The position numbers and the translations under genes are program-made. From Negativicutes bacterium (GTDB lineage Bacteria > Bacillota > Negativicutes > Sporomusales > JAOACF01), in assembly GCA_026417995.1 (NCBI GenBank), contig JAOACF010000004.1, positions 1-41,116 of the forward strand: DNA of 41,116 nucleotides, given 5' to 3'. Shown piece after piece: positions 1 through 8,193 of the stretch. Below the pieces are notes generated by a model. It searched no databases. It saw nothing but the letters and a program-made list of their open reading frames with translations, and was not told the DNA's origin. Positions within the stretch are counted from its first letter, which is position 1. Each line of letters starts with the position of its first letter.

Positions 1-729
1 CCCGCTCCCGCCAATCCTTTTAATCTGTACCGGCGGTTGCGGCAGGTAAATCCTTCGCCATACATGTTTTATCTGAATATGGGGCGGAAAAAACTTGTTG
101 GCGCATCGCCGGAGATGCTGGTAAAGGTTGAAAACGGCATGGTGTACACCTGCCCCATTGCCGGTACGAGGCCGAGCGGCGCAAACGAAGCCGAGGATCA
201 ACGCTTGGCAGCCGAACTTTTAGCTGACGAAAAGGAGCGGGCCGAACACGCTATGCTGGTGGATCTTGGCCGCAATGATATCGGACGCATTGCAGCGCCG
301 GGGTCTGTCCGGGTTGAGCGGTTTATGCAGGTGGAAAAGTTTTCGCATGTGATGCATTTGGTCTCCCACGTGTCCGGCAAACTGGATGCGCGATATTCGG
401 CCCTTGATGCGCTTGAAGCCTGCTTTCCTGCCGGGACGGTCAGCGGCGCTCCGAAAGTGAGGGCCGCGGAAATTATTCACGAGCTCGAAGGCGGCTGTCG
501 GGGTGCCTATGCGGGAGCTGTCGGCTATCTGGATTTCCGGGGCAATCTTGATAGCTGCATTGCCATTCGCACGCTGATTATCGACGGCGAGCAGGCGGTA
601 ATCCGGGCGGGGGCGGGGATTGTCTACGATTCCGCGCCGGAGAAAGAATACCAGGAAGTGCTGCATAAGGGAAAGGCGTTGTTCAAACTGTTAGCGGAGG
701 TCGGAGAAGATGATCTTGCTTTTAGATAA
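1..729 (+). CDS. trpE: Anthranilate synthase component I, 5'-truncated by the window edge (PabB not excluded)
   Basis: Frame is open from base 1. Motifs [47 protein letters not shown] and AGAGIV are present. Confidence 0.85.
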   Translation, partial: PAPANPFNLYRRLRQVNPSPYMFYLNMGRKKLVGASPEMLVKVENGMVYTCPIAGTRPSGANEAEDQRLAAELLADEKERAEHAMLVDLGRNDIGRIAAPGSVRVERFMQVEKFSHVMHLVSHVSGKLDARYSALDALEACFPAGTVSGAPKVRAAEIIHELEGGCRGAYAGAVGYLDFRGNLDSCIAIRTLIIDGEQAVIRAGAGIVYDSAPEKEYQEVLHKGKALFKLLAEVGEDDLAFR

Positions 730-1294
730 CTATGATTCCTTCACCTACAATATTTATCAGGCAGTGACGCAGCTTGGCCATGAAGTTGAGGTGATACGCA
801 ATGACGCGGTTAGCGTGCAAAGCATTGAAGGGCAAAATTTCGACGCTATTATTCTGTCGCCCGGCCCCGGCGCTCCCAGCCAGGCCGGTATTACCAAGGA
901 ATTGATCGCACGGCTGGCCGGCAAGACGCCGATCTTGGGCGTCTGTCTGGGGCACCAGGCGATTGCCGAAGTGTTTGGCGGCCGGGTTGTGCGCGCCCCT
1001 GAGCCGGTTCATGGTAAGGCTTCGCCTGTTTATCACTGCGGTCAGGGCCTTTACGCGGGATTGCCGCAGCCGTTTAGTGCCGGGAGGTATCACTCGCTGC
1101 TGGCGGAACGGGCTGCGCTGCCTGACTGCCTGTCTGTTACCGCGGAAACGGTTGATGGTCTGATTATGGGATTAAAACACCGCACTTTGGCGGTGGAAGG
1201 CGTGCAGTTTCACCCCGAGTCAGTGCTGACGGCAGACGGTATGCAAATCTTTAAAAACTTCCTGGCACAACTTTACAAAAATAATAAAAACTAA
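710..1294 (+). CDS. trpG: Anthranilate/ADC synthase component II, glutamine amidotransferase
   Basis: [22 protein letters not shown] (catalytic Cys), RYHSL and GVQFHPES. Overlaps the end of trpE. Confidence 0.88.
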   Translation: MILLLDNYDSFTYNIYQAVTQLGHEVEVIRNDAVSVQSIEGQNFDAIILSPGPGAPSQAGITKELIARLAGKTPILGVCLGHQAIAEVFGGRVVRAPEPVHGKASPVYHCGQGLYAGLPQPFSAGRYHSLLAERAALPDCLSVTAETVDGLIMGLKHRTLAVEGVQFHPESVLTADGMQIFKNFLAQLYKNNKN

Positions 1295-1305
1295 AGCAAT
1301 TTTTA

Positions 1306-1335
1306 TTGACATAGTTACAATCGTAATACTATTAT
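1306..1335 (+). promoter_or_regulatory. sigmaA-type promoter for the leader-pheA-aroK transcript
   Basis: TTGACA (1306-1311), 18 bp spacer, TATTAT (1330-1335). Confidence 0.7.
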
Positions 1336-1395
1336 ATAGTAAATGGAGTGTATACATGATACCGAACCGGATAGCTGAATACGAGGGTGAAGATC

Positions 1396-1569
1396 ATGAC
1401 CGGGAATAAATTGCAAGCTGCAGAACGTTATACGAATTTCTGGTTTAGCTTTAGCCAAGGCTGTTTCTTTAGCTTTGGCTTTTTTGCGTTTACCGGAAAA
1501 AAAGAATATACGGGCAGCCTGGCAAAGAATCTCGGGAATAATCATCGCCATAGACAACGTCTGTTATAG
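1396..1569 (+). CDS. Putative Phe-rich leader peptide (pheL-like), 57 aa
   Basis: SD GAGGGTG at 1383-1389, ATG at 1396. Core FWFSFSQGCFFSFGFFAF has 9 Phe in 18 codons. Lies directly upstream of a terminator and pheA. Confidence 0.65.
   Translation: MTGNKLQAAERYTNFWFSFSQGCFFSFGFFAFTGKKEYTGSLAKNLGNNHRHRQRLL
1453..1485 (+). terminator. Terminator-like hairpin overlapping the Phe codons of the leader
   Basis: agccaaggctg / tagctttggct stem followed by a T-run. Confidence 0.5.
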
Positions 1570-1602
1570 GCGGATTGATATCACGATGAATAGGTTGAGT
1601 TA

Positions 1603-1640
1603 GGAAGAGGTTCTTGCGAGGGAACCTCTTCTTCTTATTT
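1603..1640 (+). terminator. Attenuator-type intrinsic terminator upstream of pheA
   Basis: ggaagaggttctt-GCGA-gggaacctcttct stem with a GNRA loop, then tcttattt. Confidence 0.75.
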
Positions 1641-1677
1641 ATCCGGCGGCGAACTAAACTTAAACGGAGGAATAAAG

Positions 1678-2541
1678 ATGAAGAAGCTGGGATATTTGGG
1701 GCCTATCGGATCGTTTAGCTATGAAGCGGCGTGCCGGTGGGCCAAGACCATAGGTGAAAGCGCTGAATACGTGGCCATGCCGGGATTTGCGGCGATTTTG
1801 GCAGCCGTAGAGAACGGTTCGCTTGATGCCGGCGTGCTCCCAGTGGAAAATTCGACGCATGGCGCCGTAGCTACGGCAATGGATATGCTGCTCAACCTGG
1901 AGCGGGCATCTGTTACCGGCGAGGTTGTCCTGAATATTGAGCATTGCCTTTTGAGCGCGAGCGGCGATGACTTGCGCTACGTATATTCGCATGAGCAGGC
2001 TTTGGAACAATGCCGCCGGTATTTCAACGTTTATTATCCCGGCGTTCGGCTCATCCCGTGCGCCAGCACCTCTGAGGCGTGCGACCTGGCAATCAAAGGC
2101 GGTGCGGGTTACGGCGCGGTGGCGGGCGAGGTGGCTGCCAGGCGCTATCAACTGCGGGTGGTGGCGAAGAGCATCCAGGATAATGTTTTCAATCAAACCC
2201 GCTTTTTAGTGATTGAAGAGCGGCAAATGCCGGCGACCGGGCGTGATAAGACTTCGATTGCTTTTGCCTTTCCGGGCGACCGACCAGGCAGCTTATACAA
2301 CGTTCTGAAGGTCTTTGCCGCGAAGAATATCAATTTAACGCGCATCGAATCACGTCCGGCAAAACAGTTAATGGGCAATTATATATTTTATATTGACTTT
2401 TCGGGACATCGTCAGAGCGAGGCGGGAGAAAGCGCCTTGCAAGAGATTAACAAATATACCGGCTGGCTGAAAGTGCTGGGATCATACCCGGTAGATATGA
2501 GTGAAGCTGAAACGGAGGCGGCAGGTCATGGAAAAAGATAA
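1678..2541 (+). CDS. pheA: Prephenate dehydratase with ACT domain
   Basis: YLGPxGSFS, PVENSTHG, SHEQAL.QC, N.TRF, KTS, PGSL and INLTRIESRP. Confidence 0.93.
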   Translation: MKKLGYLGPIGSFSYEAACRWAKTIGESAEYVAMPGFAAILAAVENGSLDAGVLPVENSTHGAVATAMDMLLNLERASVTGEVVLNIEHCLLSASGDDLRYVYSHEQALEQCRRYFNVYYPGVRLIPCASTSEACDLAIKGGAGYGAVAGEVAARRYQLRVVAKSIQDNVFNQTRFLVIEERQMPATGRDKTSIAFAFPGDRPGSLYNVLKVFAAKNINLTRIESRPAKQLMGNYIFYIDFSGHRQSEAGESALQEINKYTGWLKVLGSYPVDMSEAETEAAGHGKR

Positions 2542-3067
2542 AGCAGGGTCGGTATTTCCCTATAATATTGTGCTTATCGGTTTCATGGGCAGCGGCAAAA
2601 GCACGGTTGGCCGCTATTTGAGCGAAGCGGCCGGCCTGGCGTATTATAACGTGGATCAAATTATCGAACAGTATACCGGAAAAAAGATACGGGATATTTT
2701 TCTGGAAGAAGGCGAACCCTACTTTCGCGCTTGCGAAGAGGCGATTATTGCCGGCCTTGCCTACGCCCGGCGCGCCGTAATCGACTGCGGCGGCGGTGTG
2801 GTTTTGCGAAATACCAATGTTGCCTGTCTCAAGCAAAGCGGCAAACTGGTCTGGCTTACCGCCGAAGCCGGCACGGTGTACGAACGGCTGAAAGACAATA
2901 CCGACCGCCCCCTCCTAAGAGGTAAGGATATAACCGGGATACAGAAGCTTTTGAGCGAACGCATGGCATTATACCGGGAGGCTGCCGACTTGCAGGTAGC
3001 TACCGACGGTCGGGATATTCCGGTTATTGTTCAAGATATTGTCAAACAACTGTCAATCGCCCGCTAA
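2528..3067 (+). CDS. aroK: Shikimate kinase (copy 1)
   Basis: NIVLIGFMGSGKST Walker A, GEPYFR.CE, GGG and RPLL. ATG at 2528 follows SD GGAGG at 2514-2518. Confidence 0.9.
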   Translation: MEKDKAGSVFPYNIVLIGFMGSGKSTVGRYLSEAAGLAYYNVDQIIEQYTGKKIRDIFLEEGEPYFRACEEAIIAGLAYARRAVIDCGGGVVLRNTNVACLKQSGKLVWLTAEAGTVYERLKDNTDRPLLRGKDITGIQKLLSERMALYREAADLQVATDGRDIPVIVQDIVKQLSIAR

Positions 3068-3141
3068 GCCAACCCCGGGCGGATTCGGCTGGCAAGAAAA
3101 ATGCTGCCGCAGAACAATCCTTGTACTTGCATAGAAAAAAG

Positions 3142-3177
3142 AAAATGGCCTATACCTTGGAGGGTAAGGCCATTTTT
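3142..3177. terminator. Bidirectional terminator between aroK and lysR
   Basis: aaaatggcct...aggccatttt inverted repeat flanked by A and T runs. Confidence 0.7.
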
Positions 3178-3190
3178 CGCGCGCAGTATA

Positions 3191-4102
3191 CTAAGAAACA
3201 TTGGGAACTATTGCTGCGGGTGTCAGCCGGGAGGCGGTGAAATCAAGCCAACTGCGGGCGGCGAAGGATATGTACCGGTCTTTTCGCCAAATCATCGCGA
3301 GCTCCAGATAAATCTGCGGGTCTTCAATGGCAATCGGCACAATCTCCCTGGGGTCAAGCCCATCGCAGATGGCGCTGGGCAGCAGCGCAATGCCCAATTT
3401 GGCGGCCACCATCTGGGTCATAAATTCCCGCTGCGCGGTCTGGCAAATGATTTTCGGCTCAAAACCTGCTGCGCGGCACCTATCCAGAATACAGTCAAAC
3501 AGGCTGAAATCTTCACTATACATTACAAAAGATTCGTTAGCGAGCTCGGTGAAGCGGATTGTTTGCTTTTGCGCCAGCGGGTGGCCGGGATGAACAATTA
3601 CGCGCAGCGGGTCTTTGAGGAGCGGAACGACTGCGAAGATGTCCGTTTTCGCCGGCAGGGTGCAAACAATGCCGATATCCAGCGAACCTTCCTGAACTCC
3701 GGACTGAATTTTTTTGGAGCCGAATTCAAAAAGCTGGATTTGGATATTGGGAAAGCGTTGGTTGAATTCGCCCAGCATGCGCGGCAGGACAGTCGATCCT
3801 GTAATATGCGGCAGCCCGATACGTATCTTTCCTTTTTTTAAATGAACGATATCATCAAGCTCGGCGGTCAGGTTTTGAAAACGCTCGACAATTTGCTGAG
3901 CCTGCGCCAAGATAACTTTACCCGCATCGGTGAGCTCAATTTGCTTGGCATTGCGAATGATCAGCGTTGCGCCCAGCTCATCTTCCAGGCTTTGAATCAT
4001 TTTGCTGATCGAGGGCTGAGTGACATGCAAAGCCGCTGCCGCTTTGCTGAAACTTCCCTGGCGGACGACTTCCAGAAAATACTCCAGGTGGGTTATATTC
4101 AT
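3191..4102 (-). CDS. LysR-family regulator (CidR/YwbI-like), divergent from the gcl operon
   Basis: HTH SFSKAA..LHVTQPSISK.I..LE.ELG plus LTDAG. Confidence 0.92.
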   Translation of the reverse strand: MNITHLEYFLEVVRQGSFSKAAAALHVTQPSISKMIQSLEDELGATLIIRNAKQIELTDAGKVILAQAQQIVERFQNLTAELDDIVHLKKGKIRIGLPHITGSTVLPRMLGEFNQRFPNIQIQLFEFGSKKIQSGVQEGSLDIGIVCTLPAKTDIFAVVPLLKDPLRVIVHPGHPLAQKQTIRFTELANESFVMYSEDFSLFDCILDRCRAAGFEPKIICQTAQREFMTQMVAAKLGIALLPSAICDGLDPREIVPIAIEDPQIYLELAMIWRKDRYISFAARSWLDFTASRLTPAAIVPNVS

Positions 4103-4113
4103 AACATCCCTCC

Positions 4114-4193
4114 ATAACGCCAGCCTATAGGAAAAACTAATAGTGAATATGCTGAAATAGAATTTTACCTAAAAAAGGATACAGAGGTATAAT
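4114..4193 (+). promoter_or_regulatory. LysR box and promoter of the gcl operon
   Basis: ATA-N9-TAT at 4114-4128. TATAAT at 4188-4193 with a weak -35 TTACCT at 4165-4170. Confidence 0.55.
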
Positions 4194-4323
4194 TTAGGTA
4201 AGGATATGTACTCCTGAGGCCAACCCGGCAGCGTTAGCCGCTTAACCAAATTATATTTGAATTTTGCCGGGGAATCAATCGGTGGTATGGGGAGAACGAC
4301 TGCTATAAATTATTAGGAGGGAT

Positions 4324-5994
4324 ATGTACATGCAGGTTGCCGAGATTATTGTTAAGATCCTGGAGAAAGAGGGCATCAGCGATGCCTTTGGCATTCCCGG
4401 AGCAGGAATCAACCCCGTATACAAATACCTTGGTCTGTCAGGCATCACGCATTATTGTGTGCGCCATGAGGAGGCCGCCGTTCATGCTGCGGACGGCTAT
4501 TTTAGAGCATGCGGCAAAATGGCTTTGGCAATTTGTACCTCAGGCCCAGGCGCTACCAACTTTGTTACCGGCATCTATACCGCCAATATCGACTCGATTC
4601 CGCTGATCGCCATCACCGGTCAGGCGGTTACCGCCCAGCTTGGCAAAGATGCATTTCAGTGCGTCGACATTGCCAAAATCTGCGAGCCGATTGCTAAGGC
4701 GACATTCTGTGTAACCGACCCCAAGTCGATTGTCAGCGTAATGCAGAAGGCTTTTTATCTGGCCAAATCCGGCAAACCCGGCCCGGTCGTCATTGATTTG
4801 CCCCTGGACGTGCAAATGGCTGATGTGGAATTCAATGTCGATGAGTACCAACCGCTCGCTTTCGATAACCCGCATCCGGATATGAAGGATATTGAAAAGG
4901 CCATCGCCATGATCAACGAGGCGCAAAACCCGACGATTATCATGGGCGGCGGCGTTATCCTCGCCAAAGCGGCCGATCTGTGCGTTAAATTTGCCGAAAT
5001 GCTTAATCTGCCTGTTATCACCACGTATATGGCCAAAGGCGGCATTCGCACCGACCATCCGTTGAACGCAGGCCACGCCGGCATCCAGGTCGGTCAGCCG
5101 ATCGGCAACAGAGTATTCTTAGACTCCGACCTGATCATCGGTATCGGCTGTCGCTTCACCGACAGACATACCGGCAATATTAATGTTTATAAGGGCAACC
5201 GGAAATTTATCCACATCAATGTGGAGCCTAAAGAAATCGGCAAGATCTTCCAGCCGGATCTGGGCATTGTCGCCGACGCCAAATATGCACTTGAAGCGCT
5301 GCTCAAAGTGGGCGCCGAGCAAGGCAAACCCAAAGGTTCGGCCAGAATTGAGGCCATGCAGGAATTGCGCGCCCAACTGAAGCGGAAAACCGACTATGAT
5401 TGCGTGCCCATTAAGCCGCATCGTGTTTACGAAGAACTCAACAAGTTCTTTAAAGATGATGCGATTTTCACGACGGGCTGCGGCCTTAACCAAATTTGGT
5501 CCGGGCAACTGCAGGACGTCAATCATCCGGGGCTTTACCTGCCTTCGGGCGGCGCCGGTACCTTGGGCTATGATATCCCGGCGGCTTTCGGCGCGAAGAT
5601 TGCCAATCCTGGCAAGCATGCCGTGGCGGTTATGGGCGACTTTGGCTTTACCTTCCATGTTCAGGAGCTGGCAGTCGCGGCCACGTATAATGTTCCGGTG
5701 ATTGTGGTTATCGTTAATAATGCGTATCTCAGTCTGATCCGCCAGAATCAAAAATATGCTTATGGCTTTGAGCATGCAGTAGCCATGGACGTCAATCAGG
5801 GCGTAATGGACTATGTAAAAGTGGCGGAAGGTTTCGCCTGCGCCGGCGAGCGGGTGTTTAAGCCCGAAGATATCCGCGGTGCGCTGGAGAGAGCTGTTCA
5901 GGCCGGCAAGCCGTACGTTATTGATATTGTTTGCGAAAAAGAAACTGACTGCTCGATGGGGCCGGCTGTTGACAGCGTAAAAGAATTCGTATAA
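4324..5994 (+). CDS. gcl: Glyoxylate carboligase (tartronate-semialdehyde synthase)
   Basis: Gcl-like segments LEKEG...FGIPGAGINP, RHTG, RKTDYD.VPIKP.RVYEE, NNAYL.LIRQ and a C-terminal SMG..DSVKEF. Followed by hyi and garR. Confidence 0.85.
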   Translation: MYMQVAEIIVKILEKEGISDAFGIPGAGINPVYKYLGLSGITHYCVRHEEAAVHAADGYFRACGKMALAICTSGPGATNFVTGIYTANIDSIPLIAITGQAVTAQLGKDAFQCVDIAKICEPIAKATFCVTDPKSIVSVMQKAFYLAKSGKPGPVVIDLPLDVQMADVEFNVDEYQPLAFDNPHPDMKDIEKAIAMINEAQNPTIIMGGGVILAKAADLCVKFAEMLNLPVITTYMAKGGIRTDHPLNAGHAGIQVGQPIGNRVFLDSDLIIGIGCRFTDRHTGNINVYKGNRKFIHINVEPKEIGKIFQPDLGIVADAKYALEALLKVGAEQGKPKGSARIEAMQELRAQLKRKTDYDCVPIKPHRVYEELNKFFKDDAIFTTGCGLNQIWSGQLQDVNHPGLYLPSGGAGTLGYDIPAAFGAKIANPGKHAVAVMGDFGFTFHVQELAVAATYNVPVIVVIVNNAYLSLIRQNQKYAYGFEHAVAMDVNQGVMDYVKVAEGFACAGERVFKPEDIRGALERAVQAGKPYVIDIVCEKETDCSMGPAVDSVKEFV

Positions 5995-6009
5995 TCCGGG
6001 GGAATATTC

Positions 6010-6792
6010 GTGCCAAAATTCGCAGCTAATTTGTCGATGCTTTTTACCGAAGTTTCGTTCATGGAGCGGTTTGCCCTAGCCCGTCAGGCCGGCTTTACCG
6101 CGGTTGAGTACCTGTTTCCTTACGAATATGATGCGAATGAACTTAAAGCCAGGTTGACCGAGAACGGCCTCAAGCAGATTCTGTTTAACCTGCCGGCCGG
6201 CGATTGGGCCGGCGGGGATCGCGGCATTGCCGCCAGCCCTGACCGTGTGGAGGAATTTCGCGCCGGAGTAGCAAGGGCGGTTGAATACGCCCTTGTACTC
6301 GGCGCCGAGCGGTTAAATCTGCTTGGCGGCAAACGGGTGGCTGGTTACAGCGATGAGGAACACTGGGCGGTATTAGTCGATAACGCCCGGTATGCGGCGC
6401 GTAAGCTGGCGGAAAAAGGGCTTAACCTGGTAATTGAAAACATAAACCATTATGATATTCCCGGCGTATTTATCAGCCGGAGCGAGCAGGTATTTAAGCT
6501 CATTGACGAAGTTGGTCTGCCTAACGTGTTCGCGCAGTACGATATCTATCACGCCCAGCGGATGGAGGGCGAATTGACGGCAACCCTGCGGCAGCATATC
6601 GCCAAAATCGGCCACATTCAGGTTGCCGACAATCCGGGCAGACACCAGCCGGGAACAGGCGAAATTAATTTTCCCTTCCTGTTTAAAGAAATTGATGCGC
6701 TGGGCTATTCCGGCTATATCGGCCTGGAGTATGTCCCGGCGCCGGATACGCAGTCTTCCTTAGGCTGGATGGCCGATTATTGCACTAACTGA
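6010..6792 (+). CDS. hyi: Hydroxypyruvate isomerase
   Basis: MPKFAANLSMLFTE, VEYLFPY, QYDIYHAQRMEG, HIQVADNPGRHQPGTGEIN. Confidence 0.93.
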   Translation: MPKFAANLSMLFTEVSFMERFALARQAGFTAVEYLFPYEYDANELKARLTENGLKQILFNLPAGDWAGGDRGIAASPDRVEEFRAGVARAVEYALVLGAERLNLLGGKRVAGYSDEEHWAVLVDNARYAARKLAEKGLNLVIENINHYDIPGVFISRSEQVFKLIDEVGLPNVFAQYDIYHAQRMEGELTATLRQHIAKIGHIQVADNPGRHQPGTGEINFPFLFKEIDALGYSGYIGLEYVPAPDTQSSLGWMADYCTN

Positions 6793-6820
6793 TACAACTT
6801 ACCGCAGTGGGGTGACTGGC

Positions 6821-7705
6821 ATGAAAATTGGATTTATCGGTCTGGGCATCATGGGCAAGCCCATGAGCAAAAATTTGCTGCAAGCCGGATATGAACTAAT
6901 CGTGAATGATATAGTTCCCGCGGCTGTTGCCGACGTTACGGCGGCAGGGGCAAAGGCTGCGGCAACGCCTAAAGAAGTTGCGGCACAAGCCGAGATTATT
7001 ATCACCATGCTGCCCAACTCGCCTCACGTCAGACAAGTGGTATTGGGCGAAAACGGTGTAATTGAAGGGGCGAAGCCTGGTTCGGTCGTGGTGGACATGA
7101 GCTCGATCGCGCCGCTGGTCAGCCGGGAAATCGCGACAAAACTGGCGGAAAAAGGCGTTGAAATGCTGGATGCTCCGGTAAGCGGCGGTGAGCCCAAAGC
7201 CATTGACGGCACATTGTCCGTTATGGTCGGCGGCAAAAAAGAAGTATTCGACAAATGTTATCCGGTACTGAAGGCAATGGCTGCGTCCGTCGTATTAACC
7301 GGCGACATCGGCGCAGGAAATGTTACCAAGCTGGCGAACCAAATTATTGTGGCCTTAAACATTGCCGCTATGTCGGAAGCGCTGGTGTTGGCAACCAAAG
7401 CGGGAGTTGCGCCTGAGCTGGTGTATAACGCTATCCGGGGAGGATTAGCCGGCAGCACCGTGCTTGACGCTAAAGCCCCCTTAGTGATGGATCGCAAATT
7501 CAACCCCGGTTTTCGCATTAACCTTCATATTAAAGACCTGCATAATGTGCTGGAAACCTCGCACGAGGTCGGCGTGCCCCTGCCGCTTACGGCCACCGTC
7601 ATGGAAATGATGCAGGCGCTGAAGGTGGACAATATGGGGGATCAGGATCACGGGGCGCTTATTCGGTACTATGAAAAGCTGGCAAATATTGAGGTAAAGC
7701 GCTGA
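6821..7705 (+). CDS. garR: 2-hydroxy-3-oxopropionate (tartronate semialdehyde) reductase
   Basis: MKIGFIGLGIMGKPMSKNL, DAPVSGGEPKA, TKLANQ, PGFRINLHIKDL. ATG at 6821 follows SD GGGGTGA. Confidence 0.92.
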   Translation: MKIGFIGLGIMGKPMSKNLLQAGYELIVNDIVPAAVADVTAAGAKAAATPKEVAAQAEIIITMLPNSPHVRQVVLGENGVIEGAKPGSVVVDMSSIAPLVSREIATKLAEKGVEMLDAPVSGGEPKAIDGTLSVMVGGKKEVFDKCYPVLKAMAASVVLTGDIGAGNVTKLANQIIVALNIAAMSEALVLATKAGVAPELVYNAIRGGLAGSTVLDAKAPLVMDRKFNPGFRINLHIKDLHNVLETSHEVGVPLPLTATVMEMMQALKVDNMGDQDHGALIRYYEKLANIEVKR

Positions 7706-7732
7706 GCGCATAGAAATAAAGGAGGGTCGGGT

Positions 7733-8080
7733 GTGATTAAACGAGCCGCGGAGTTAACGACAGAGGTGTTCCCCAACCGGTTTGGGGGCAAAGGAGAACT
7801 CAAGGTAACCAAGCTGCTGGAAATGGACCAATTTCACGGCAAAGGCAGGCTGTTTGCCCGCAATGTGCTTGAGCCGGGATCGTCTCTTGGCTGGCACGAA
7901 CACAAAGGCGATGTCGAGGCTTATTACATCATCGCCGGTGAAGGAACAGTCAACGACAACGGTACCCTGGTGCAGGTCAAGGCGGGAGATGTCATCTACA
8001 CCAATAATGGCGAGAGTCATTCGATCGAAAACACCGGCACGGAAACACTCGAGTTCATAGCCCTAATTCTATATGTGTAG
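7733..8080 (+). CDS. Cupin-domain protein
   Basis: Metal motif HEH...E.Y.I..GEG and GESH.IEN. SD GGAGGG. Confidence 0.85.
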   Translation: MIKRAAELTTEVFPNRFGGKGELKVTKLLEMDQFHGKGRLFARNVLEPGSSLGWHEHKGDVEAYYIIAGEGTVNDNGTLVQVKAGDVIYTNNGESHSIENTGTETLEFIALILYV

Positions 8081-8101
8081 CTAGCAACGCAGACTGTACG
8101 A

Positions 8102-8140
8102 AGCAAGATCGCGAACCCTTTGCCGCGATCTTGTTTTTTT
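8102..8140 (+). terminator. Intrinsic terminator after the cupin gene
   Basis: agcaagatcgcg / cgcgatcttgtt stem plus T-run. Confidence 0.75.
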
Positions 8141-8193
8141 GCCGAAAGAAGTAAGAAATTTCATAACATTAAAAAACTAATTGGAAGGGTTGT

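Noticed and set aside
1340-1640. T-box upstream of pheA
   Set aside because: GCTGAA and GAGGGTG fragments exist, but there is no AGAGA box, specifier loop or GGTGG.ACC.CG antiterminator. GAGGGTG is better explained as the leader SD.
3101-3841. 246-aa plus-strand ORF
   Set aside because: Antisense shadow of the LysR gene, with no motifs.
4165-4201. ttacctaaa/tttaggtaa inverted repeat around the gcl promoter
   Set aside because: Only 9-bp AT-rich arms with a 19-bp spacer. It could be chance, and no cognate regulator can be assigned.
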